Shown here: positions 39,747 through 50,520 of the stretch, piece after piece
Numbering within the stretch: position 1 is the stretch's first letter
How the letters are laid out: each line of letters begins with the position of its first letter
NCBI GenBank assembly: GCA_965214705.1
Contig: CBDCCI010000002.1
Span: 2,560,001 to 2,624,000 of the forward strand
From: Alphaproteobacteria bacterium
Lineage (GTDB): Bacteria; Pseudomonadota; Alphaproteobacteria; UBA828
DNA: 64,000 nt
Direction of reading: 5' to 3'
Program-made: the position numbers and the translations under genes
Notes under the pieces: model-generated
What the model saw: the letters and a program-made list of their open reading frames with translations, nothing else
Told to the model about the DNA's origin: nothing
The model's database searches: none

Positions 39747-40613
39747 TCAGGCGGCCTTGCGGGCGCCGGTTCGCCGGTAGATGACGTCTTCCTGGTCCTC
39801 GGGGACATAGAAGTAGTCGCCCAGCCTCGGGTCGTGTCCGAGATCGCCCAGGAGCCTACGCTGACGCGGCGTGCATTCGTCCATGGCGCCGGCGATGGTG
39901 GGGAAGTCGTAGGGCTTCAGGAACATCTGCGCGTAGTTGTAGAGCAGTGTCTTGCGGCCCTTCCCGGAATGGTTCGGTGCCGGCCCGTGCCACAGCGCGT
40001 GGCTGAACAGATAGCAATCGCCCGCCTTGCCGCCCAGCTGGACGGCGCCCGGCGTGTGGGGAGTGGGGGCCGCGTCACTGTCGAACGGAATCTGCCGAAG
40101 ATGGCTGCCGGGAAAGACCGTGAAATTGCCGCTGTCCGTTCCTTCGACATCGGTAAGGAGGTAGAGCGCCTTCACCGCCAGCGGCCTGCTGGTCTCGGTC
40201 ACGCGAATCTGCCGGAGCGCTTGGCCGCCGTCGGTGTGGATGAAGCCGGGAAACTCGGTCGTGGATGCGCGGACGATGGCCTGCGACATGCTGAGCACGA
40301 TGTAGGGGCCCATGAGCTCGAGGATCGGATCGAAGACGTTGGGCCGGTCGATGAGATCCCGGAACGGCTCGGCGTAGCCCAGGATGTCCCGGCGGTCCAT
40401 GAAGGAGTCGAGGTCGTCCGCCGTCGCGTTGCGTTCCACCCAGGCGTAATGGCCGAAGGGCAGGCCCGGTTGCGGCTCCCATCCCGCCTGCGGACGCAGG
40501 GAGTCGATCAGCCCGCAGTAGAGCGAGACTTCCTGCGGCTCCAACGCGCCTTCCAGATGGATGTAGCCATCGACCGCCCATTGGCGGTGCTGCTCATCGG
40601 TCAAGGTCGGCAT
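39747..40613 (-). CDS. Phytanoyl-CoA dioxygenase (PhyH) family Fe(II)/2OG enzyme
   Basis: DGYIHL, HTD, FPGSH, LWHG..N...R. Confidence 0.85.
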   Translation of the reverse strand: MPTLTDEQHRQWAVDGYIHLEGALEPQEVSLYCGLIDSLRPQAGWEPQPGLPFGHYAWVERNATADDLDSFMDRRDILGYAEPFRDLIDRPNVFDPILELMGPYIVLSMSQAIVRASTTEFPGFIHTDGGQALRQIRVTETSRPLAVKALYLLTDVEGTDSGNFTVFPGSHLRQIPFDSDAAPTPHTPGAVQLGGKAGDCYLFSHALWHGPAPNHSGKGRKTLLYNYAQMFLKPYDFPTIAGAMDECTPRQRRLLGDLGHDPRLGDYFYVPEDQEDVIYRRTGARKAA

Positions 40614-40689
40614 GGCGGGGTCCTCGTCCGGTCCGGCGCGCGGGATGGGGGGATGATGCCATTCCTGACTCGGGCGGTATAGATCGACG

Positions 40690-41889
40690 TCAGGCGCGGG
40701 CAGACGGCCCGTAGGCGAGGTACATGGGATCGCCCTCGGCAAAGCGCGTGGGCCGGAGCGGGCGGATGTCGAACGGCGAGTCCGCGCCGAGTACGGCGGC
40801 GGCCACGCACTCGCCCACCGCAGGCGAGAGCTTGAGCCCGTGGCCCGAGAAGCCGGCGGCGAGATAGAGCCCGTCCAGCCCCGGCGCCCAGCCGAGGATC
40901 GGATGAAAGTCCGGCGTGATGTCGTAGGCGCCGGAGACCGTGCGCACGACCTGGGCATCGACGAAGTCCGGCAGCCGCTCGGCCAGCGCCTTGTCGAGCC
41001 GCGTGCGGTGGCCGGCTTCGTCTTCCACCGGCGCCGGCGCGGTGGGATCGGCGACCTCGGGCATCTCGTCGGGATAGGCGACCGCCAGCAGGTAGGGCCC
41101 CATGTCGGGGCGCATGACGACGTTGGAGTTGCCGTCAGTGATGCAGGTGCGGATCGTGGGCCGACCCGGCGGCTGTTCCAGATAGGCCATGTCGAGCCGG
41201 CGGCGCTCGATGGGCACGTCGACGCCGAAGGGCGTCAGCAGGTCGGTGATCCACGCACCGGTCGCGGCGATCACGGTGGGCGCCTCGATCTGACCCTGGG
41301 GCGTGTCCACGCCCACGACGCGGCCTTCTGCCGTGGCGATCCCCTCCACCCGGAGCCCGGAATGGAGCGTCGCGCCCGCCGCTTGCGCCGCGCCGAGCCA
41401 GCTCAGCACCATGCGGGTCACGTCGATGTAGCCGCCGTTGGGCTCCCAGGCGCCGCCGGCAAGATCGTCGGTGACGAGTGCGGGCTCCAGGGCCTTGATC
41501 TCGTCGGGGCTCGCGAAGCGGGTGTCGACGCCGAGCTGGCGGCCGAGCTCAACGTTGCGCCGGCAGGCCTCGACCTGCGCTTCGACGACCAGCAGCATGT
41601 AGCCGAGCTTGACGTAGCCGGGATCGCCGACGCCGACCTCCGTCTGCCAGTTGTTCAGCACCTCGAAGCCCCGGATCGCCATCTCGACCATGAGCGCGTT
41701 GGAGTAGTGCTGGCGAATCTGTCCGAAGGTGCGACCCGACATGCCGCCCACCGGAGGCCGCTCGTCGACCACCACGACCTTGCGGCCGGACCGCCGCGTG
41801 AGCTGAAAGGCGATGCTCGCCCCCATGATGCCGGCGCCGACCACCACGATGTCGGCGGCGCCCAGCCGCTCCCTGCCCTGCCCCGTCAT
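40690..41889 (-). CDS. FAD-dependent oxidoreductase (DAO/sarcosine oxidase beta-like)
   Basis: GAGIMG, YDITPD, GFSGHGLKLSP. Confidence 0.88.
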   Translation of the reverse strand: MTGQGRERLGAADIVVVGAGIMGASIAFQLTRRSGRKVVVVDERPPVGGMSGRTFGQIRQHYSNALMVEMAIRGFEVLNNWQTEVGVGDPGYVKLGYMLLVVEAQVEACRRNVELGRQLGVDTRFASPDEIKALEPALVTDDLAGGAWEPNGGYIDVTRMVLSWLGAAQAAGATLHSGLRVEGIATAEGRVVGVDTPQGQIEAPTVIAATGAWITDLLTPFGVDVPIERRRLDMAYLEQPPGRPTIRTCITDGNSNVVMRPDMGPYLLAVAYPDEMPEVADPTAPAPVEDEAGHRTRLDKALAERLPDFVDAQVVRTVSGAYDITPDFHPILGWAPGLDGLYLAAGFSGHGLKLSPAVGECVAAAVLGADSPFDIRPLRPTRFAEGDPMYLAYGPSARA

Positions 41890-41969
41890 CTCCGCCCCGC
41901 CGTCATTTTCGTCCTATGCTATCGACTGGGTGACGCTCAAATTGGACCGAAATCTCAACCGTCTACCAT

Positions 41970-42572
41970 TCACCCAATATGATTGAGAATAAGCTTGTAT
42001 CCGATATTGAAATCCGGCACGAGCACGCATCCGTAACTGCGAAGCTCCTCCGCTACATCCTCATCGTCGAAATCTTTGTCTCTATTGAGGAAGTAACCTA
42101 CTGACACTTGTTCTGCTCGGAGATGTGAGAGAACTGATGCATAAACTATTGCATCTTGAGGAGAAAAGCCGTGACGGCGCCGATACTCTGCGGCTTCTGT
42201 CAAGATGGAAGCATCTAGTGAAATTACCTCAGCAGACTGCAAGAATCGCGAGAACGCCACGCTCAAACGGCCGTCTTCGTCTTCCGTACTTCTGATTAGA
42301 AAACTCGTAAGTTCACGAAATTCCTTGACCTGATCTCCATAAAATTCAGTTCTGGCAATTTGCTTGAGCTCAGTTTCGACATCCTCCTGTACTTTCGTGC
42401 GCCGCTTTCGTTGACGTACGAGGGCTTCGTACGGTTCAGCCAGACAATAGCCAGGCAAAACTAGATGGACGCGATTTGCCTCGCAAAGCTTCACAATGTT
42501 ATCGCAACTCCTCCATTGCTCTTGGAGCAGTGCGAGCTCAAGGACAAAGTTGGACTCAACGTAGACTTGCAC
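41970..42572 (-). CDS. PIN domain-containing protein
   Basis: VYVESNF, LAEP, SPQDAIVYAS, FLNRDKDF acidic pattern; AT-richer than flanks. Confidence 0.7.
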   Translation of the reverse strand: MQVYVESNFVLELALLQEQWRSCDNIVKLCEANRVHLVLPGYCLAEPYEALVRQRKRRTKVQEDVETELKQIARTEFYGDQVKEFRELTSFLIRSTEDEDGRLSVAFSRFLQSAEVISLDASILTEAAEYRRRHGFSPQDAIVYASVLSHLRAEQVSVGYFLNRDKDFDDEDVAEELRSYGCVLVPDFNIGYKLILNHIG

Positions 42573-42581
42573 AAGGAGAAG

Positions 42582-43040
42582 TTATGCCACTTCTTTGAAT
42601 TTGATGCGGCTGTTCTTGATTGCAGTGCGAAACCCCAAGGTCGTCAGCCAGCTCTCGTTGTTGGAATTTTCTTCCGCTATCCCGGACGACCTAATAATAT
42701 CGCCAAGCCAAGTAGATACAAGAAGCTCGAACGCATGGCTGCTTACCAGGTGAGGTCCTACTCTCGCCCTCCTGAGATACGGCGCAAATATCGGTTCTGC
42801 ATCGGCTTCGTAAGTAGGTGGGGTTTCAACGGGATCAGCGCCGGGATCCTTCCATACGTACAGGCGGTCGGGCGTGACAAGAAGAAAGAAGTCGGCGCTG
42901 GAGAAGCCGCTATGAGCAAGAAGGTTTCGTCGGGTCTTGGCGGCCCATTCGCTTGACGTACCCAGCTTATTCTTGATCTCGACGATGGCAGTAGGCCGGC
43001 CGCCGGGATCGTAGAGGGTGAGGTCTGCGCTAGAGTGCAT
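42582..43040 (-). CDS. Hypothetical protein with PD-(D/E)XK-like motif
   Basis: ADLTLYD..G...IVEIK; co-oriented 9 bp upstream of PIN gene. Confidence 0.55.
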   Translation of the reverse strand: MHSSADLTLYDPGGRPTAIVEIKNKLGTSSEWAAKTRRNLLAHSGFSSADFFLLVTPDRLYVWKDPGADPVETPPTYEADAEPIFAPYLRRARVGPHLVSSHAFELLVSTWLGDIIRSSGIAEENSNNESWLTTLGFRTAIKNSRIKFKEVA

Positions 43041-43320
43041 CGGTGGTTCGGCGGCTCAAGTGACCCTGATGGGAACTATGGGTGCTGTCCACGGAAAGGT
43101 CAACGAAGACTGATACGCCGCCGATCAACAATGCGGTTGTGTGACCAACTCGGAATACCACAAGGAGCCCAATAAGGCGAGATTTCCGGGCTGGCCCACA
43201 CGGCGAAGCGGCGGTTAGGATCGCGGGGCATCGGGACAGGGCAGGTTCGAGGGCCGCAACGGTTGACTGATAACCGATCACCGACGAGCGGCGCCCCGGA
43301 CGCAGCATAGGGGCTGACCG

Positions 43321-44325
43321 GTGTCTCGTGCCTCTGGCCGCCGTCCCGTGCTCTCAGTCAGGGAGCTGCACACGCGGTTCCGCACCCAAGGCGGCGGGCT
43401 GGTGCACGCGGTCAACGGCATCAGCTTCGACCTGCACGAGGGCGTGGTGGGGGAGAGCGGCTCAGGCAAGAGCGTGACCATGCTCGCGCTGCTCAAGCTG
43501 CTGCCCATGCCGCCGGCGGAGATCGCCTCGGGCCAGGCGCTGCTCGACGGCGAGGACCTGCTCGCGCTCGACCCTGCGCGGCTGCGTCACGTGCGCGGCG
43601 CCAAGGTCGGGTTCATCTTCCAGGACCCGATGGCCTCGCTGAACCCGGTGCTGAGCGTCGGCTACCAGCTCACGGAGCCGCTGCGGCTTCATCTGGGCCT
43701 CGGCCGGCGCGCGGCGCGGCACCGGGCGGCGGCGCTGCTGGAAGGCGTCGGCATTCCCGCGGCGGAAAGCCGGCTCGGCGACTTTCCTCACCAGTTCTCG
43801 GGCGGGATGCGCCAGCGCGTAATGATCGCCATGGCGCTCGCCTGCGATCCCAAGGTGCTGATCGCCGACGAGCCGACCACCGCACTCGACGCCACCATCC
43901 AGGCGCAAATCCTGGACCTGCTGCAGCGGCTCAGGCAGGAGCGAGGCATGGCGATCGTCTGGATCACCCACGATCTCGGCGTGGTTGCGGGCCTCGCGGA
44001 CCGGGTGATGGTGATGTACGGCGGCCAGGTGGTGGAGCGGGCGGACGTGCGCTCGCTCTACGCCAGGCCGCAGCACCCCTACACGCGGAGCCTGCTGCGC
44101 GCATTGCCGAAGCTGGAGGGCGGCAGCAGCGGCGAGCGGCTCGCCAGCATTCCGGGTCAGCCGCCGACCCTGGTGCAGACGCCCGATGCCTGCTCCTTCG
44201 CGCCGCGCTGCGCCCACGCCTTCACCCGTTGCCGGGCGGAGAATCCGGCACTCGCCCCGGTGACGGAGGGCCACGAGGTCGCCTGCTGGTACGACGCCGA
44301 CGCCGGAGTGCCCCGTGCCGCCTAG
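43321..44325 (+). CDS. Oligopeptide/dipeptide ABC ATPase (DppD/OppD)
   Basis: [29 protein letters not shown], Cys-rich tail. Confidence 0.9.
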   Translation: MSRASGRRPVLSVRELHTRFRTQGGGLVHAVNGISFDLHEGVVGESGSGKSVTMLALLKLLPMPPAEIASGQALLDGEDLLALDPARLRHVRGAKVGFIFQDPMASLNPVLSVGYQLTEPLRLHLGLGRRAARHRAAALLEGVGIPAAESRLGDFPHQFSGGMRQRVMIAMALACDPKVLIADEPTTALDATIQAQILDLLQRLRQERGMAIVWITHDLGVVAGLADRVMVMYGGQVVERADVRSLYARPQHPYTRSLLRALPKLEGGSSGERLASIPGQPPTLVQTPDACSFAPRCAHAFTRCRAENPALAPVTEGHEVACWYDADAGVPRAA

Positions 44326-44590
44326 CCCGCATATTTCACCAGGGTCACGGCCTGCGTCGCGCCCAGGCGTTCGAGCCGCCAGGAGCGGGCCGAAAAGCGT
44401 ATCGGGGACTACGGTTGAGGCCCGCGACGCCGCGGGCGGGCGCCTGGGCGCGACCCGAAGGGCGGCGCTATCCGGCCGACAGCGAGCGTCACGTCGCTTG
44501 CCCGATGTCCCCGCATCGCGCTGCGCGCCGTTCCTACTCTGTCGGCCGGACAGCACCGCGCAGACCATGACCGTGGTGAGATATGCGGGC
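44325..44590. mobile_element. 266-bp MITE with TA target duplication
   Basis: 32-bp TIRs GCCCGCATATTTCACCAGGGTCACGGCCTGCG vs complement of 44559-44590 (4 mismatches); TA at 44323-44324 and 44591-44592; no transposase. Confidence 0.82.
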
Positions 44591-45566
44591 TAAACCGGAG
44601 CCCCTCGTCGCGGTCGAGAACCTGACCAAGCACTTCCCGATCCTGCGCGGGGTCCTCCGCCGCCAGGTGGGCAGCGTGCGCGCGGTGGACGGTCTCGACT
44701 TCGCGATCCATCCGCGCGAGACGCTGGGTCTCGTGGGCGAGAGCGGCTGCGGCAAGTCGACCGTCGGCCGCGTGATCCTGCGCCTCTACACGCCGACGGC
44801 GGGGCGGGTGAGGTTTCGCGGCGACGACATCACAGCGCTCCAGGGCGAGGCGCTGCGCCGGCTGCGCCCGCACATGCAGATGATCTTCCAGGACCCGCAG
44901 GACAGCCTGAACCCGCGCATGACCGTGGGCAGCATCGTGGGCGAGCCGCTGCGCGAGCACGGGGTGGCGGCGGGGGCGGCGCTGAGGGAGCGCGTGGAGG
45001 CGTTGCTGGATGCCGTGGGCCTCGACCCCGCCTTCGCCAACCGCTACCCGCACGAGTTCTCCGGCGGGCAGCGCCAGCGCATCGGCGTCGCCCGGGCGCT
45101 CGCGCTCAACCCCGAGTTCGTCGTCTGCGACGAGCCCATTGCGGCGCTCGACGTCTCGATCCAGGCGCAGGTGGTGAACCTGCTGAAGGAGCTTCAGGAG
45201 CGCCTCGGCCTCACCTATCTCTTCATCTCCCACGACCTGCGCATGGTGCGCCACGTCGCCGATCGTGTGGCGGTGATGTATCTCGGCAAGATCGTCGAGC
45301 TGGCTGCGAGCGATGCGCTCTACGAGGAGCCGCTGCACCCCTACACGCGCGCGCTGCTCTCGGCGGTGCCGACGCACGATCCCGAGCGCGAGGCCCGGCG
45401 GAAGCGCATCATCCTGGAGGGCGACGTGCCGAGCCCTGCCGCACCGCCGCCGGGCTGCCGCTTCAGCACCCGCTGCCCGGTGGCGGTGGCGGAATGCTCG
45501 GAGAGAGCGCCGGAGTGGCGGACGCTCCGCCCCGGCCACCAGGTTGCTTGTCACCTGGCGGAATGA
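44583..45566 (+). CDS. Oligopeptide/dipeptide ABC ATPase (DppF/OppF)
   Basis: [31 protein letters not shown]. Confidence 0.92.
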   Translation: MRAKPEPLVAVENLTKHFPILRGVLRRQVGSVRAVDGLDFAIHPRETLGLVGESGCGKSTVGRVILRLYTPTAGRVRFRGDDITALQGEALRRLRPHMQMIFQDPQDSLNPRMTVGSIVGEPLREHGVAAGAALRERVEALLDAVGLDPAFANRYPHEFSGGQRQRIGVARALALNPEFVVCDEPIAALDVSIQAQVVNLLKELQERLGLTYLFISHDLRMVRHVADRVAVMYLGKIVELAASDALYEEPLHPYTRALLSAVPTHDPEREARRKRIILEGDVPSPAAPPPGCRFSTRCPVAVAECSERAPEWRTLRPGHQVACHLAE

Positions 45567-45631
45567 TGACAGATGATGCGGGGTGTGCCGACAGGCGCGC
45601 GCCCCTTCCCTCCCAACTGGAGGTCCGCGGC

Positions 45632-47344
45632 ATGATCGGAAGAAGCTTGTTCACACTGGCTATCGCGGCGCTCGCGGTAGCTACGCTCTCGACCTCGGCA
45701 TTGGCCGAGCGCGGCCGCGACGGCCAACTGAAAATCCTCTATTGGCAGGCGGTCTCGACCGTCAATCCTTACCTCTCCGGCGGCACCAAGGACATCGAGG
45801 CGGCATCGCTAGTGCTGGAGCCACTGGCCCGCTACGACGAGACGGGGACCATGACGCCTGCGCTCGCCGCCGACATTCCTACCGTGGAGAACGGCGGCGT
45901 GGCGGCCGACCTGATGTCCATCACCTGGCCGCTCAGGCAGGATATCGTGTGGTCCGACGGCACGCCGTTCACCGCCGCCGACGTGGTGTTCTCCGCCGCG
46001 TACTGTCTGAACGAGGAGATGGGCTGCAATCCCCTCTCCAGCTTCACCGATGTCACCAAGGTGGAGGCGTTGGACGACCACACCGTGCGCATCAACTTCG
46101 GCGTGGCCAAGCCCTTCCCCTATGGGCCGTTCGTGGGCTCCACCTCGCCCATTCTGCAGAAGGCGCAGTTCGAGAACTGCACCGGCGCCAAGGCGCAGAC
46201 CTGCACGGAGCAGAATTTCGGACCCATCGGCACCGGCCCCTTCAAGGTGGACGAGTTCCGCGCCAACGACGTCATTATCTTCTCGGCCAACGAGAACTAT
46301 CGCGAGCCCGACAAGCCCGCCTTCGCCACCGTCACCTTCAAGGGCGGCGGGGATGCCACCTCGGCCGCGCGCGCCGTGCTCTCCACCGGCGAGTTCGATT
46401 ACGCCTGGAACCTGCAGATCGAGCCCGAAGTGCTGGAGCAGATGGTGGCGAACGGCAAGGGCCAGGTGGTCGCCGGCTTCGGCACGATGGTGGAGCGTCT
46501 GGTGGTCAATCAGACCAACAACTCCCCCGACCTCGGCAAGGACAAGCGCTCACTCCACCTCGACGGCACCAACCCGCACCCCTTCCTCTCCGACCCGGCG
46601 GTAAGCCGCGCTTTGTCACTGGCCATCGACCGCCAGATCCTGGTCGACTTCGGCTACGGCGCGGCCGGTCAAGCCACCTGCAACGTCCTGCCCGCGCCGC
46701 CGGTCTACGCGTCGGACGCCAACGATGCCTGCACGACCCAGGATATCGAGGAGGCCAACCGCATCCTCGACGAGGCCGGCTGGCTGCCGGGCGATGACGG
46801 CGTGAGGGAGAGAGACGGCGTGCGCCTTTCAATCCTCTACCAGACCTCCACCAACTCGGTACGCCAGGGGACCCAGGCGCTGATCAAGCAGATGTGGGGG
46901 CAGATCGGGGTCGAGACGGAGCTGCGCAATATCGATGCGGCGGTGTTCTTCGGCGGCGACCCGGCGAGTCCCGATACCTACATGAAGTTCTACGCCGACA
47001 TCCAGATGTACACGAACAACTTCGACGGCGTGGATCCCGAGGCCTACATGGCCAACTGGCGGTGCTCGGAAATCCCCGGGCCCGAGAACCAGTGGCTCGG
47101 CGGCAACATCGCACGCGCCTGCAATGCGGAGTACGACGCCCTCGCTGCGGAGATGGCCGTGACGGCATCGCTGGACGAACGTGCCGACATCGGCAAGCGG
47201 ATGAACGACATCATCGTGCAGAACCAGTATGTGATCCCGCTGATCTGGCGGGCGAGGGTCTCGGCGCATGCGAACACGCTGAAGGGCGTACGCGTGAACC
47301 CCTGGGATTCGGAGCTGTGGAACATCGCGGACTGGCATCGCTGA
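45632..47344 (+). CDS. Peptide ABC substrate-binding protein
   Basis: Signal peptide; WSDGTPFTAADV; PIGTGPF; WNIADW. Confidence 0.92.
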   Translation: MIGRSLFTLAIAALAVATLSTSALAERGRDGQLKILYWQAVSTVNPYLSGGTKDIEAASLVLEPLARYDETGTMTPALAADIPTVENGGVAADLMSITWPLRQDIVWSDGTPFTAADVVFSAAYCLNEEMGCNPLSSFTDVTKVEALDDHTVRINFGVAKPFPYGPFVGSTSPILQKAQFENCTGAKAQTCTEQNFGPIGTGPFKVDEFRANDVIIFSANENYREPDKPAFATVTFKGGGDATSAARAVLSTGEFDYAWNLQIEPEVLEQMVANGKGQVVAGFGTMVERLVVNQTNNSPDLGKDKRSLHLDGTNPHPFLSDPAVSRALSLAIDRQILVDFGYGAAGQATCNVLPAPPVYASDANDACTTQDIEEANRILDEAGWLPGDDGVRERDGVRLSILYQTSTNSVRQGTQALIKQMWGQIGVETELRNIDAAVFFGGDPASPDTYMKFYADIQMYTNNFDGVDPEAYMANWRCSEIPGPENQWLGGNIARACNAEYDALAAEMAVTASLDERADIGKRMNDIIVQNQYVIPLIWRARVSAHANTLKGVRVNPWDSELWNIADWHR

Positions 47345-47450
47345 CGCGGTCAGCCGGCCGATCCAACGGCCCAAGGCCGTCGAGTTGGTAGGCGGTGCGC
47401 GGCAATCGACCGCGCGCCGCCTCGATGAATCAGGGTAACCGGCGCGGACG

Positions 47451-48464
47451 ATGAGCCACTACATCATTCGCCGCCTGCTCTTCGCAGTGCCGACGCTGAT
47501 CGCAATCAGCTTCATCCTCTTCGCCCTCCTCGACCTCGCGCCCAACGACCCCACCGGCCAGCTCCCGCTCACCATCCCGGCGGAAGCGCGCGAGCAGATT
47601 CGCGAATCGCTCGGGCTCGGGGAGGCCTTCCACATCCGCTACGCCAAGTGGATGGAGCAGTTCTTCGTCAACGAGCCGCTCAACCTCATCGAGCGGGCGT
47701 TTGGCGTGGAGATCGGCGCTTCCGAGGAGCGCTTGCGGGTGCGCTCCTGGGCGACGCGCAGCCCGGTCGTGGACCTCATCATCGAGCGGCTGCCGCAGAC
47801 GCTCTGGGTGGTCGGGCTCTCCTATCTGATCGGAATCCTCATCGCGATCCCGATCGGCATCATCTCGGCCTACCGGCAGTATTCGTGGTTCGACCAGCTC
47901 GGCACCTTCATCTCCATGATCGGCTTCTCGGTGCCGACCTTCTTTACTGGGCTGCTCGCGATCATCGTCTTCAGTGTCACCCTGCAATGGCTGCCATCGA
48001 TCTACGACACGACGCACCGGGTGACCGATCTCTCGAGCTTCTGGGTGCAGATCAAGCAGATGGCGATGCCGGTGATGGTGCTCGCGCTCTTCAACGCGGC
48101 CCAGATCAGCCGCTTCATACGCGCCGCCGTGCTGGACAACCTGACGCAGGACTACGTGCGCACCGCGCGCGCCAAGGGCCTGCGCGAGCGGGTCGTGCTG
48201 TTCATCCACGTGCTGCGCAACAGCCTGATCCCGGTGGTGACGCTGATCGCGCTTGGCATCCCCACCGTCTTCGGCGGCGCCATCATCACGGAGAAGATCT
48301 TTCGGGTGAACGGCATCGGCGAGCTCCTGATCACCGCGATCCAGGGCGCTGACATTCCCCTGGTGCAGACGCTCTCCTTTCTATTCGCGGTGCTGATCGT
48401 GATCTTCAACCTGATCGCGGATGTGCTGTACGGCATCCTCGATCCGCGCATCCGCTACGGCTGA
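47451..48464 (+). CDS. Peptide ABC permease (DppB/OppB)
   Basis: YIIRRLL, DYVRTARAKGL, LDPRIR. Confidence 0.92.
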   Translation: MSHYIIRRLLFAVPTLIAISFILFALLDLAPNDPTGQLPLTIPAEAREQIRESLGLGEAFHIRYAKWMEQFFVNEPLNLIERAFGVEIGASEERLRVRSWATRSPVVDLIIERLPQTLWVVGLSYLIGILIAIPIGIISAYRQYSWFDQLGTFISMIGFSVPTFFTGLLAIIVFSVTLQWLPSIYDTTHRVTDLSSFWVQIKQMAMPVMVLALFNAAQISRFIRAAVLDNLTQDYVRTARAKGLRERVVLFIHVLRNSLIPVVTLIALGIPTVFGGAIITEKIFRVNGIGELLITAIQGADIPLVQTLSFLFAVLIVIFNLIADVLYGILDPRIRYG

Positions 48465-48467
48465 ACG

Positions 48468-49397
48468 ATGCCGGCCGCGCAATCTTCCGACCTCACCGCC
48501 CCCTCGCGCGGGTTGCAGCGACACCGCTCGCTCTGGATGGACGTGTGGCTCGCCTTCCGCAACCACACGGGCGCGCTGGTGGGCGCAGGCGTATTCATCG
48601 CGATCTCGCTTGCGGTCGCCCTCGGCCCGCTGATCCACACCGTGGACCCGCACTATCTCGACATCCTGGCGAAGAACGAGGGACCCTCGCTCAAGCATCC
48701 GATGGGGACCGACAACCTCGGCCGCGACACGCTGGCCCAAGTGCTGGCGGGCGGGCGCATCTCGCTCGCCGTCGGCTTCACCGCGATGATGATCGCGCTG
48801 GTGCTCGGCACCCTGGTGGGCGTGCTCGCGGGCTACTTCAGGCAGATCGACGGCCTCCTGATGCGGCTCACCGACATGTTCCTGGCGCTGCCGCTGCTGC
48901 CGCTGCTGCTGGTGGTCATCATGCTGTTCCGCGACAGCCTGCGCGCCGCCTTCGGCCCGGAGACCGGGATCTTCCTGCTGGTGGTGTTCATCATCGGCAT
49001 CACCAGCTGGATGCAGACCGCGCGCATCGTCCGGGGCGACGTGCTGGCGCTCCGGGAGCGCGAGTTCGTGACCGCGGCGCGGAGCATCGGCACGCGCAGG
49101 CGGCGCATCATCACCCGCCACATCCTGCCCAACGTGCTGAGCCCGATCATGGTCTCGGCGACGCTCGGCATCGCCAACGCGATCATCACGGAATCGGCGC
49201 TCTCGTTCTTAGGCCTGGGTTTCCCGCCCGACTTCCCGACGTGGGGGCGGCTGCTCTTCGACGGCGCCAACTTCATCTCGGTCACGCCGGAGCGCGTGCT
49301 CTGGCCCGGACTGGCGATCTCGCTCACGGTGCTGAGCGTCAACTACATCGGCGACGGCCTGCGTGACGCGCTCGATCCGCGGCTCAGGGGTGCGTAG
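48468..49397 (+). CDS. Peptide ABC permease (DppC/OppC)
   Basis: HPMGTDNLGRD, HILPN, GDGLRDALDPR. Confidence 0.92.
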   Translation: MPAAQSSDLTAPSRGLQRHRSLWMDVWLAFRNHTGALVGAGVFIAISLAVALGPLIHTVDPHYLDILAKNEGPSLKHPMGTDNLGRDTLAQVLAGGRISLAVGFTAMMIALVLGTLVGVLAGYFRQIDGLLMRLTDMFLALPLLPLLLVVIMLFRDSLRAAFGPETGIFLLVVFIIGITSWMQTARIVRGDVLALREREFVTAARSIGTRRRRIITRHILPNVLSPIMVSATLGIANAIITESALSFLGLGFPPDFPTWGRLLFDGANFISVTPERVLWPGLAISLTVLSVNYIGDGLRDALDPRLRGA

Positions 49398-49412
49398 TGC
49401 GCACACACCCGA

Positions 49413-49652
49413 TTGTCAGGTCGTAACGACTACCACGTCAGGCTAATTCGCCCCGGCCTAACCGAGACGTTCGAGACACCGGACTATCTCGCCGAGGCGG
49501 GCGTCGAATATGCCGCCGACTACTTGATGGACGACCAGCCTTTCGGCATCCAGACCAAACACGGTACGCTCGCATCCATCCCCTATATGGTGGAGCCGAA
49601 CGACATCCCGATGACGCTCATCCGGCGCAATGGCGGGGAAACGCGCTCATGA
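49413..49652 (+). pseudogene. Internal fragment of a PuuE-like polysaccharide deacetylase
   Basis: PGLTETFETPDYLAEAGVEY..D...DDQP...IPY..E.ND core without N- or C-terminal parts. Confidence 0.65.
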
Positions 49653-50509
49653 AACCTGCTCCATTCGCCTACGTCAGGCCGGCAAGCCTCGAAGACGCCA
49701 TCGCCGTGCTGGACGAACACGGGGAAGACGCGAGAGTCCTCGCCGGCGGCCAGAGCCTGATGGCCACCCTCAACATGCGGCTCTCCGCGCCTGAGGTGCT
49801 GGTCGATATCGGCCGCGTGCCGGGCCTTGCGGGCATCGAGGAAACCGACGATGGGCTTCGGATCGGCGCCATGACCCGCCATGCGGAGGTGGAGGCCTCG
49901 GACCTCGTCGCCTCCCGCGCGCCGCTCATCGCCAGCGCCATGCCGCATATCGCCCATCCGGCGGTGCGCAATTGCGGCACATTCGGCGGCTCCATTGCGT
50001 TGGCCGACCCGGCGGCCGAGCTCCCGGCCTGCGCGGTTGCCCTCGGCGCGCGCATGACGATTGCGGGCAAGGGCGGCACCCGAACCGTGGCTGCGGACGC
50101 GTTCTTCCGGGGCCTCTACGAGACCGCGCTCGAGCCGGGCGAGGTGCTGACCGCAGTCGAGGTGCCGGACATCGGCGCGGGCTGGAAGTCGGGCTTCATG
50201 GAGCTGGCGCGGCGGCACGGCGACTACGCGATCATCGGCCTCGCCGCCCATTTCGAGATGAAGAACGGCAGGTTCGGCCAAGGCCGCCTCGTCTTCTTCG
50301 GGGTGGGCGAGCGGCCGGTCTCCGCCGTGCGGAGCGCGGCGCTGCTCGAAGGCGAGAGCTGGTCGGACGCCCTCGGCGACCGGCTCGCCGATGCGCTCAA
50401 GCAGGAGCTCGACCCGTTCGAGGACCTGAATGCGGATGCGGCGATGCGCCGCCATCTCGCCGGGGTGCTCGTCCAGCGGACCCTCGGTCCGCTTGCGGCG
50501 GCGGCCTGA
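49649..50509 (+). CDS. Molybdenum hydroxylase FAD subunit (CoxM-like)
   Basis: MKPAPFAY, AGGQSL, RN.GT.GGS..ADPAAE, RRHGDYA. Confidence 0.92.
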   Translation: MKPAPFAYVRPASLEDAIAVLDEHGEDARVLAGGQSLMATLNMRLSAPEVLVDIGRVPGLAGIEETDDGLRIGAMTRHAEVEASDLVASRAPLIASAMPHIAHPAVRNCGTFGGSIALADPAAELPACAVALGARMTIAGKGGTRTVAADAFFRGLYETALEPGEVLTAVEVPDIGAGWKSGFMELARRHGDYAIIGLAAHFEMKNGRFGQGRLVFFGVGERPVSAVRSAALLEGESWSDALGDRLADALKQELDPFEDLNADAAMRRHLAGVLVQRTLGPLAAAA

Positions 50510-50520
50510 GGGAGGGAGCG

